Source: Phoronis australis (lineage: Eukaryota; Animalia; Phoronida). Taken from it: a stretch of 64,000 bases of DNA. A program made the position numbers and the translations under genes. A model generated the notes under the pieces. The model saw only the letters and a list, made by a program, of their open reading frames with translations, searched no databases and was not told where the DNA came from. The stretch spans positions 724,412 to 788,411 of the forward strand of contig NMRA01000095.1 of NCBI GenBank assembly GCA_002633005.1, written 5' to 3'. Shown one piece after another: positions 14,001 through 26,000 of the stretch (the first letter of the stretch is position 1; every line of letters starts with the position of its first letter).

Positions 14001-17000
14001 CTTTGTGACAATACCTGTTCCACATCTCTTCCTACACCCCATCAGTAGCTTACGACAGAACGCATCGTATTTATATCCAAAAATAACGGTCGTGTGCGAA
14101 ACAAAATGTCAATCCCAAACCGAATCACTTTTTTTTTCAATGACGTAATGCCATAGCTCGTGCATTCGTCATTGCACTACACAATCAATGTAAATACGTC
14201 AACCATACACGACTAATTAGTGAGATCAACAATGGGTCAGCATACCTCATTATAACTAATTGGCCGAAAAGTGCATGGATTTATTACGCTAGTGTTTGAG
14301 TCATGTTTGATCTGGGTTTTGGTGAAAGCGTCAAGTATTGAACACAAATCAATCACAAAGCAAGGCAGGTGTAGATGGCTGGAAGGTGTGAAATATTATT
14401 TTGGGCATTGACTTAACTTGTTTGAAAGTGTTGCTCAGTGGAATGTGTATTGTAAAAACAAACTCTTTGTTCAAAACCCTCTCTATTAAAAACAAGTAGT
14501 CAAGTAGAACTCCATTTTTGCATCAAACTAACATTCTCATTCATTTTGCTACAGGGAAATATTGATTTGAAAAACATGTTCATAAGTCCCTGGCTGACAA
14601 GTGAAATTACCTTTTGTTACTTTTTTTCACAAAAACAAAGTTAAAGAAAAAGTAACATGATTTGCACAATGTATATGCAATAAAACAATGGATTTAGAGG
14701 ACAGGTCTGCCAGGGGCTTATAAGACGGGTCTGTCAGGGGCTTAGGGGACAGGGTTCTGTTTCTTGAAACGCGACTTAGGACTTAAGTAAAAAATTTGGT
14801 CTTACGCTTCACACAATTATTTCAGAAAAATAAATACATCTCACTTGGGCAAAATGCAGTTTCTGGAAAAACACACAGTTGTTTCATGCCATGTTCTCCA
14901 TGTTAAGGTCAATTTTTCAAATTAGAACAAAAATAATTGTTAAACTGTCATGGCTAACAACATGTGTAGGTTAATGCCATTAATAAAAATAGAAAGTATA
15001 AATAACTAATAATAAAGTACAATTGTCTTACAGTCCATTTTTATTGAAAACTTGATAAAATTCAGTTTCACTGTTCTGCGGTATTGTGTTCTGAATAGAA
15101 GTTTTACTTATCAATACATTGATAATCATGGTGTTCCGCAGCACTTTATTACATTTAAAACGTACATGCCAGTAAAAACATAATTTGATTATAAACTCTC
15201 CTCCTTTTAGAGTACTAAATGTTACATGCGACGTTGAAGAGACAATAAACTCGGGTACCACCAAAGAAAGCAAATTTTAATTCAAACCACTTAACTCTAA
15301 AAAACTTGGTCTCCACATATGGCTTATTCAGATGTCGGAGGTGATTTTGATGGAGATAAGTTCTAACAGTTCAGCATTGCTTCAGACATACTTGGTAAAT
15401 AAAATAACATGCCACGTTACGCCAACTTGTAGAGCGTGATCTCAAGCAATAACAAACTAACTGTTATAGTTATTTTGAAGCCTGAAAATTACACTATTTT
15501 GGGAAATAGTCTGATATAACGTGCCCGTATTTTGAGAACCAGTTTGATGTCCGTTATTTAGAGGAGAAAACTGGTTCTCAAAATTCGGGCATGCCATATC
15601 AGACCATTACCCTATTGTGATTAAGGAACAATTTAAGACCAATTTCATTACGGCACGAGGCCGAAAGGGAAAGTGAGAGTAAAGGTGCTTTGAGTGTCAT
15701 ACTTACTGCTAAGTGTAGAAATCCTCTGGGCCTCTGAGACTTGTACTCTTCTTTCTGAAAAACATCAACTCTTAGTTTAGGTTATGTAGGACCCTAGAAA
15801 CATCAACACTTAGTTTAGGTTATGTAGGACCCTAGAAACATCAACACTTAGTTACGGTTACGTAGGACCCTAGAAACATCAACACTTAGTTTAGGTTATG
15901 TAGGACCCTAGAAACATCAACACTTAGTTTAGGTTATATAGGACCCTAGAAACATCAACACTTAGATAAGGTTATGTTGGACCCTAGAAACATCAACACT
16001 TAGTTTAGGTTATATAGGACCCTAGATACATCAACACTTAGTTTAGGTTATATAGGACCCTAGAAACATCAACACTAAGTTTAGGTTATGTAGAACCCTA
16101 GAAAAATGTCCAATTTTGACCAACTTAGAAACATCATATTTCACAAAATGGCCGAACAGATTCGTATGAAACTTCCGCACAATATGCTACATGCACTGCT
16201 CAACAAAACACCACGGGGGGTTGTCTTTGAAATGTTCCACTTTTGTATGACGGCTATCAAAAAAACAGGACAAAATATCTTAAGTTACACGAAACGAAAT
16301 GATATTTCGAGCTTGAGCTCCCAACCAGAACATTTACACCAAATAAAATTTAAAAACATTATTACTAAGGTGGTTTTGCTATCAATGTTCCATTCTTTCT
16401 GACTAAATTTTACTAACACACGTTCACAGGTAACTCAATCAGTGACAAAGTGGTAAAACCTCACAAATCTCATTCTAAAGGCTTTCTACTTCATACTTTT
16501 AGTGAATTAAGATCTAGAGTTTCGTAGATAATTGCCTTAATACGCAGACTGGTCAACAACCTCCCACATGAATGTAACAACCTTCAAGACCCCAGGATGG
16601 ATACCCCAGAGACCCACCCAAGAAGTAAACAACCTCCCACCTACGACACTGCAGGTGTCCAGCTAAACAGAGAAAAGTCAGAGAACGCAAACGCACCTGA
16701 GACTCAGATTTGACATTTCTGTGAGCCACCTTGATAGGTAAAATTAAACATTTCCAGAGGCAAGAGCACGAGCACTATTCTCTTGAATTCCCTTATTGCA
16801 AATCTCATTCATCTTGTCAAGTGCATTTCGATATTAGAATCTCCCCAGTTTTAAATGGGGGTTGAGTAAAAGCCACCAACTGTGCCCTCAGGGTGCCAAT
16901 TCACATCTCAATCAGCAACACTGAGATTTCATTTACACAACCAAATGTGGCTAACTGCGCCTAACGTAAATGTTTTCCAAAATGCCAATAGAGGGGTCTA

Positions 17001-20000
17001 GTGGGAACCACCTGCCTACTGTGGCTTACCTAAAAGTACTCCGACATGCCAGTAGAAACTTCCAGGAGGAACCACTACCAACCGTAGCTTACCTCAAAGT
17101 ACTCCAACATGCCAGTAGAGGGCTCTAGTGTGAACCACCTGTCAACTGTGGCTTACCTCAAAGTACTCCAACATGCCAGTAGAGGGCTCTAGTGTGAACC
17201 ACCTGAACTGCCATCCCTTCATCACATTGGTGTACTTGCACAGCAGTCCAGACAAAGGTTGACTGCAATATAGAAAAAAAAGAAATACGGAGTCACTTAC
17301 AGGAGTTCCCGGATTTTAAGAACCAGCTTGATGCATTATTCAGTGGAGAAACTGGTTCTCAAAATGAGAGACCACTCTAAGTGCTATTGCCAGTAATAAC
17401 TCCCTAATGTATTGATAGGTGTCAGATAAAGCAGCAGCTAGGACAGACAGAGTCCCACGCAATGATAATCAGATGGAGCTGAAATCGCAACTTTCGTATT
17501 GGATTAAATCATTCAATTTATGTTTGGCAAATCTTCATGTTGAAACACTCAATGAACTCCAATCAGTAAATGATTTTATCATGTGGAAATATGATAAGAC
17601 AAAACAAGGGGTTCTATTACTAAACAATGGTTTCTAAATACGACAATAAGAAGGGGTTGGGTTATAACCCTGTAACATATGTTCATACAGAAGAACAGTT
17701 TAACAGTAAGCCACAACAATGCAAAGTAAAAACTTAATCATCAAAATATGACGTCATCGTTAGATTTCATCATGACAGGTTATTAAAAATTTACCACTTT
17801 TCCATAAAAACAACTGAAAAGATTAACCTTTTCATTTTTCAATGACACCCAGCATTGTTATGGAAACACAAATGTTTGAAAGTGTTTGGTGGTAGTTACG
17901 GTATGAAAACTTGAAAGATAAAATGTTTGTGCAGTGCATCACATCTTTTACGAATAAAAAAATGAGAAAATAAAATTTCACAAAAATCCAACACACTGTG
18001 TCCTAAATGACCCATTGCTTGTTGTGCATTTATCATTGGCTTGATTGGAGACTTGGAGACCTGAAATGATTCAGGCAGCATTCTCAATGAATGTCATTCG
18101 TTATTGTCATTCATCAAGACTACTACCCCCCCCNNNNNNNNNNNNNNNNNNNNNNNNNNNNNNNNNNNNNNNNNNNNNNNNNNNNNNNNNNNNNNNNNNN
18201 NNNNNNNNNNNNNNNNNNNNNNNNNNNNNNNNNNNNNNNNNNNNNNNNNNNNNNNNNNNNNNNNNNNNNNNNNNNNNNNNNNNNNNNNNNNNNNNNNNNN
18301 NNNNNNNNNNNNNNNNNNNNNNNNNNNNNNNNNNNNNNNNNNNNNNNNNNNNNNNNNNNNNNNNNNNNNNNNNNNNNNNNNNNNNNNNNNNNNNNNNNNN
18401 NNNNNNNNNNNNNNNNNNNNNNNNNNNNNNNNNNNNNNNNNNNNNNNNNNNNNNNNNNNNNNNNNNNNNNNNNNNNNNNNNNNNNNNNNNNNNNNNNNNN
18501 NNNNNNNNNNNNNNNNNNNNNNNNNNNNNNNNNNNNNNNNNNNNNNNNNNNNNNNNNNNNNNNNNNNNNNNNNNNNNNNNNNNNNNNNNNNNNNNNNNNN
18601 NNNNNNNNNNNNNNNNNNNNNNNNNNNNNNNNNNNNNNNNNNNGAGCCCATTTCTGATTCTGCGGTATTCACCCACAATGCTACGTGTCCAGGGGGGGCA
18701 CTTCCGACTTTGGAAGCAGTGGTACCCTGCAGCCATGGTAACTGCTATTATGAATTAAGATTATTTGCCATTTGTCCTGATTGACAGAAAATTGTTGTAA
18801 TAAGTTACAATGCAGACATCGAAAAACTTGAAAAGCCAAGTGAAGTGTTATGGAACATTTTACCTATCCAAAACTATGTCAATTGCATAATTTCCGTTTT
18901 TCTACTTCCCTTAAAGAGTAGAGTTGAATCCAGAAAGTGGGAATTTATCAATTTACTGCTCGGGAGAAAAAACCACTGATTAACTGTTGCAGCCCACATC
19001 TCAATCAAGATCTGTACATACACACTATGCATGGTCTAATTAGTGAACAAGTCACCTTACTTATTATTGTGTGTCAAGGACTGTCATGCCAGTTTGTACA
19101 AACATGTGAAGGGGGGGGGTTAATGGAAAGGAGAAACAATCATTGAGTCAGTGCCACTAGCGAAGAGCACCATTTACTATTTGTTGATAAAAGTTGGCTG
19201 ACAACAAATGTCAGACTTTAGTGTATTTTGCAGCTCCAACATCCACTAATCTTTTTCCTAACTTTGGTTTTCCATAAGAATAATACACTATAAGAATAAC
19301 ACACAACGGATGTGTAAGTAAAAAAAGCATCAACTGCAGAAAAAATTATTACCCACCACGTCAAGTCAGTTCTAAAACTATCTGGTTAAAGATGCCCGGG
19401 GGTGGGGGGAGGGGTGCATGAGTACAAAGTAACAAACAGAGTAAGTTAATAGGCTTTGTGAAACTTAATTGGCACAATAAATGCCACCAAGAAATGAAGA
19501 AACACAGTAAGAATCTAATCTGATCTGCCACAGTGTAATCATGCATGTGAGGTTTACTGAAGGTTGATTATCAGATGTATTTTTAAACTTAACCCACACT
19601 GGTGTCTTACGAATGACCACAAGATACGAGATTTAAAGTTTTACAAAATGAATTGGTTTTTATTTTAATAAATAAATTTCATTTTCTTGGCCTGAACGTG
19701 TCATACCAAAACAAGAAAGTTAGAATTGGCATTTGAAAGGGCACTAGTTGTACAGTAGCAAGTTTCAAAGCACAAGAAATAGAACCCCAGTCTCTAAGTT
19801 TGTAAAACATGGTATGAACTGGGATGAGTAACTGGAAGGCACCTTAAATGCACTGATCAGATGTGAGCTGTATGGATGAAAACAACAATCACAAACAGTT
19901 GAAACATTATTTATCACTTCATGCCAAGCAGTGTTTTGTACATTCAACAAAAAATTAAGAACAAATTCTCTTGCTAAATCACACTATTTTTCAAAGAAAC

Positions 20001-23000
20001 CATTTGAGTTACTTGTAAGGCCCCGAGAGAGCGCCTCCTATTGGAAACAAAAACTGCATCATGGTAGACTTTAGTTAGGCTCAAAGGACAATGACTGAAC
20101 AAGATTACTGACTAGATATATTCATCTCAATTATATAACCATAACATGGTTCAATCTTATTTTTCTGGGAGAAAATGGTCAAAGTGTGTTCGCCGGCTTC
20201 TAGGACATTGGTCAGTATTCTTTGGCCTTTGACCAGCATTTCGAAAATAGGGTGTCCAAAATGGGGTTCCCAATATTCCAGGGCGTCCATGATTCTGATG
20301 CGTAACCCCCCACCCCCAGCAATCCCCCCAAACACACAGATTTTTTTTACAAAAAATGCATAGACCAAGGTTTTTACATCTAAGTTTACAAAACAGCCTT
20401 CTGTAGTGAGCATTTTTACTAAAAAAAACTGTANNNNNNNNNNNNNNNNNNNNNNNNNNNNNNNNNNNNNNNNNNNNNNNNNNNNNNNNNNNNNNNNNNN
20501 NNNNNNNNNNNNNNNNNNNNNNNNNNNNNNNNNNNNNNNNNNNNNNNNNNNNNNNNNNNNNNNNNNNNNNNNNNNNNNNNNNNNNNNNNNNNNNNNNNNN
20601 NNNNNNNNNNNNNNNNNNNNNNNNNNNNNNNNNNNNNNNNNNNNNNNNNNNNNNNNNNNNNNNNNNNNNNNNNNNNNNNNNNNNGCTTTAATGTACCTTC
20701 CCTTTTTGCTAAATTTTCCTAAAAAGGCAAGGTCACGTGGCCTACTTAGTGACAGACTGGTATAAAGTCAAAAATCAAATTCTATAGAATTTCTACTTTC
20801 AGAAAATTTATTTGCTGAGGCAAATGCTATAGTTTTGAAGATAATTGGCTAAATGCAGAGACTTGTCCATAAGGTCCTACATACGCACATGCTGAGGACA
20901 CGAACAACAAACGTTAACACAAGAATACTAATAAAAACCAATAGCTACATGAAACACAGGGCTCAAAGACATTAACACCTGGTGTCAAATGCACTTTTGT
21001 TAAACCTGCCTTCACGTTTGAGTTAGTTAAACCAATTTAGAAATTTTCATTGCTTTGAATTTATTCTATGCATGTGACACCATGGCTACTCAACCACAAG
21101 GACTGCTTCTACACATAAAAACCTACAGTCTATACCTGTGTATGTTTCTAAGATTCGCTCTGAAAAAAAATAACATTAGCTTCCAAAAGTGCAGTATTTC
21201 AAAAGCGATTTCTGGCGGTATGCCAAGAATTTTAGTTAATTATAATTATTCTTACTTGCAGAGAGGTAACATGATGACAAACTACTGTATGAACTAACAG
21301 CCTGTATCTTCCTTTGTGTACTGCCTTCACATACCAACTACATAATCTATGGTGTAGACTTATACTGGTATGCACACTTCCCACAGAGATTGAGCAAATG
21401 TTCTGTTCAGAAAAAGCAAGGAGTATGTCTCAAATAACCACAGAAATTCCTGTAGGCTTCAGGTTCATTGGCTACAGTACTAACCGAAATATTCCGACAA
21501 AATGGGATGGAAGTGTTCATCACTTGGACCAATGACTGCAGACTGTATGAGAAATTCACAATCATGGTCTTCACATCAAAGTATTTTTCTTGTCATAACA
21601 GTGGAGCAAAATTTTGTTGGATTACTTTTGATGAGTACTGTAGGCTGAAATGACAACTGAGTAGAAGGCAGATGTTTTCCTAAACTTGTGAGTTGTCATG
21701 GCAACATGTAACACAATTTTAACTGAAGTCGTCACTTACTGTTTGAGACTTAGCTCCTCTTTTTCTTCAAACTCCTGAAATAGAAAAAATACCGTGTAAG
21801 CGTTAAACTCCAAACATGCACCACCTGAAGAGCACAAAACATCAGGTAAAGCCAGACTATGTAAAACCTCAAACAAATTCCGACGAAAATAATTGCCAAA
21901 ATTGATGTTTTTTTCATTTCCAAAGGTCCGTAACACTACTGTGAATGCTCAAGTGTCCTCAAAATACTGGTCAATCGAAGCTACAGTATACAAGTGAAGA
22001 CTGATAAGCCTTTTTTCTGCTAATCATTTTTCATGAAAAATTTAAGAAATGAGCTTTACTTGCCCACCATATTGTTTCCTAAATTGGTGAGAATTTACTG
22101 TGTTCTCCAACTTCCATGTTTCCAGTGGCGAGGTCAGGTGTGTGGAAGGTTAACATACCGAGTTCAACAGTGCACTAAGAAGCAAGCTATTACCAAAGTC
22201 CAAAAAACAGACAAAATTCCACTAGGATTTTGGGAGGCCATCATCTCATCCCTGCGAAACGTAATATATGGTTTTTGTAACATTCAGAATTAATATTCCT
22301 TAAATATACCTTAACCAGTTTACATACATACAAAATAGCTGATGCACACTATAAAGGCACGGGTGTGTCTTGTATATCTCANNCCCCCCCCCCCCCCAAT
22401 TTCACTTCCTACAGTAGCCTACTAGTAACAGTGGTGTATTATGCCATATCGGTAGTTTCCTGAGGTTTAAGTTAGCAGTAACCCTACACTCAGTGTTACA
22501 AGTGGCAGCCTGCACTAGGAAATCCTCATTAACATAACATAGATAAACAGAACACACTGTACTAACATTCAGACATTATGATTGGTTCCCATTGAGAACT
22601 GTTGAGTACTACTCCTTTTATTGAGAAATATTTTATGGCTTCTGGTTGTTGCAACAGTAAGTACAAGCTAAATCGATGTCTTCAATACGTGTTCGTGTTT
22701 TCCGACACACTAAAAATGACAGGAGATCAAAGAAACAAGAAAATCATTTCCTATACTTTTCCTGTTCATTCCCGCAGACATGTTAACGACAACATACAAA
22801 TCAAGGAATGCAAACTGATGTCCACACAATGATTTCTGAATGTTGATCATCATCTTTTCACAAAGGAACCTACAGGTGGCACTGAGACAAAAGGAGCAGC
22901 AGTTATTCCCTAATACAAGTCTCTTCAAAGACATGGCTCGACTTAGATTCATGTAGTTGTCCTATCTGTGTTTCAGGTGTCACAAGAGTTGTCCCAAAGA

Positions 23001-26000
23001 TATTATAAATTAACAATCTACAGAATACAGGGTGGTATATATTACTGGAACATATCTATAGGGAACTTTGTGAGACAAAATAATATTGAAAAAGAACCGA
23101 ATGATAATTTCAGTCTAAAAAAGTTTCTGTTTGCAAAAATTATAATTAGAATTCATAGAGAATGTAGGATAAGTGAATACTCCTTAATGGTTGTTCCAGT
23201 GGAAATTTCATTTGGACCAGATTTTCTTATTCGAAACAAGAGCAACGCGGAGCGGTGAAATGTGCCCACGAATGCATTGCAAATGGTGTGCTTTTAGGGT
23301 TATTCATTTGTACCATAAAAATGGCCACTAGAAGGCGCAAAAACATACAATCCATCCAAAAACAGGAACATGCCATATTTCATAAAAATCTGTCAAGGAA
23401 CTTCAGAGAAACAAAGGAAAACAGAATAAAATGAAATTGCCACTAGCGGGCACAGTGTCCGTAGGATCCGCCTGAAAGTCGTCGTCGTCGTCTGTTCTTA
23501 TCTTCATATTAATACACTTACTAAATTTAATAAAGATCCTGCGGTGGGTTTAAGAGATACAACTATGGGCGCAAAACAAAACTACCACTAGGAGGCGCTA
23601 CAGTAGTCAGTCACCATCATCAAAGGTCGTCTTCAAATCGAAAAGCTATGTGTTAATTTTCAAATGATTTGGTTGATACAGGGGTGAACGCCAAAAACAA
23701 GATTTGAAAACAGCAAAAATTGCCACTAGGTGGTGCAAAATATCTCGATTCCATCTAAAAACAGGAAGATAGCGTAATCACACCAATAGATGCCTATATT
23801 TAAAATTCTATTAAAATCTGTTGAGGACCTTTGAAGATACAGAGTTAAACGTAAAATACTAAAATTGCCACTAGGGCGCACAGCAGTAGTCAGATCTGTC
23901 CGAAAGTCATCGTCGTCCATAGTCAACATCATATAAATACACTTGCAAAATTAAGTAAAGGTCCTGCAAACAGTTTAGGAAACACAGCCATGAGCGCAAA
24001 AACAAACTGCCACTAGGAGACCCCCCAGTAGTCGAAGTCGTCAGAAAATCGTCAGCCGTCTACTTCATAGTAAAAGCATTCATGCCAATTTTCATAATTA
24101 TCCTGAAAACGGTTTGGTTGATAGATTAGTGGATGCCAAAAAACTAGAAAACAGTAAAAATGGCCACCAGGTGGTGCAAACTAGGTCGCATTCATCTGAA
24201 AACGGAGAGATAGCCATACCTCATTAATAGATGCCTATATGCCAAATTTTATGAAAATTCGATGAGGACCTTTGAAGATACAGAGGTAAACATAAAAAAA
24301 TAAAATTGCCACTAGGTGGCACACCAGTTGTCAGATCTGTCCGAAAGTTGTCGTCTATTGTTAACATCATAAAAATATACTTACTGAATTTCGTACAGAT
24401 CCTGCGAGTGGTTTAGGAGATACAGTCATAGGCGCAAAAAAACAAAACTGCCACTAGAAGGCGCCACAGTAGTCAAAATCATCGGAAAATTAATGTCAAC
24501 TTTCCTCTTCATAGTAAGAACATACATGCCAATTTTCACAATCATCCTTTGAGCGGTTTGGTTGATAGAGGGGTGGACGTAAAAAACAGACTCGAAAACA
24601 GTAAAAACGGCCACTAGGTGGCGCAAACTATGTCAAATCCATCCGAAAACAGAAGGATAGCGTCACCTCACTAATAGGTGCCTACATACCAAATTTCATG
24701 AAAATCCTTTAAGGACTTTTGAAGATACAAAGGTAAGTGTAAAAAACTAAAATTGCCNNNNNNNNNNNNNNNNNNNNNNNNNNNNNNNNNNNNNNNNNNN
24801 NNNNNNNNNNNNNNNNNNNNNNNNNNNNNNNNNNNNNNNNNNNNNNNNNNNNNNNNNNNNNNNNNNNNNNNNNNNNNNNNNNNNNNNNNNNNNNNNNNNN
24901 NNNNNNNNNNNNNNNNNNNNNNNNNNNNNNNNNNNNNNNNNNNNNNNNNNNNNNNNNNNNNNNNNNNNNNNNNNNNNNNNNNNNNNNNNNNNNNNNNNNN
25001 NNNNNNNNNNNNNNNNNNNNNNNNNNNNNNNNNNNNNNNNNNNNNNNNNNNNNNNNNNNNNNNNNNNNNNNNNNNNNNNNNNNNNNNNNNNNNNNNNNNN
25101 NNNNNNNNNNNNNNNNNNNNNNNNNNNNNNNNNNNNNNNNNNNNNNNNNNNNNNNNNNNNNNNNNNNNNNNNNNNNNNNNNNNNNNNNNNNNNNNNNNNN
25201 NNNNNNNNNNNNNNNNNNNNNNNNNNNNNNNNNNNNNNNNNNNNNNNNNNNNNNNNNNNNNNNNNNNNNNNNNNNNNNNNNNNNNNNNNNNNNNNNNNNN
25301 NNNNNNNNNNNNNNNNNNNNNNNNNNNNNNNNNNNNNNNNNNNNNNNNNNNNNNNNNNNNNNNNNNNNNNNNNNNNNNNNNNNNNNNNNNNNNNNNNNNN
25401 NNNNNNNNNNNNNNNNNNNNNNNNNNNNNNNNNNNNNNNNNNNNNNNNNCCCCCCGCCCCCCCCCCCCCACTGTAGGATCCTCGTAAAATGTCCAATTTT
25501 GGCCAACGTTAGAAAATTGTACCTCAGAAATGGCTGATGGAATTCATATAAATTTTCAGATACTATGCTTTATATATTGTTTCTAAATGCTGAATTGTTT
25601 TTAAAATGTTAAACTTGGTTATGTTAGACATCCTGTTGGTTTGCTTTAATGTACCTTCCCTTTTTGCTAAATTTTCCTAAAAAGGCAAGGTCACGTGGCC
25701 TACTTAGTGACAGACTGGTATAAAGTCAAAAATCAAATTCTATAGAATTTCTACTTTCAGAAAATATATTTGCTGAGGCAAATGCTATAGTTTTGAAGAT
25801 AATTGGCTAAATGCCGAGACTTGTCCATAAGGTACTACATACGCACATGCTGAGGACACGAACAACAAATGTTAACACAAGAATACTAATAAAAACCAAT
25901 AGCTACATGAAACACAGGGCTCAAAGACATTAACACCTGGTGTCAAATGCACTTTTGTTGAACCTGCCTTCACGTTTGAGTTAGTTAAACCGATTTAGAA

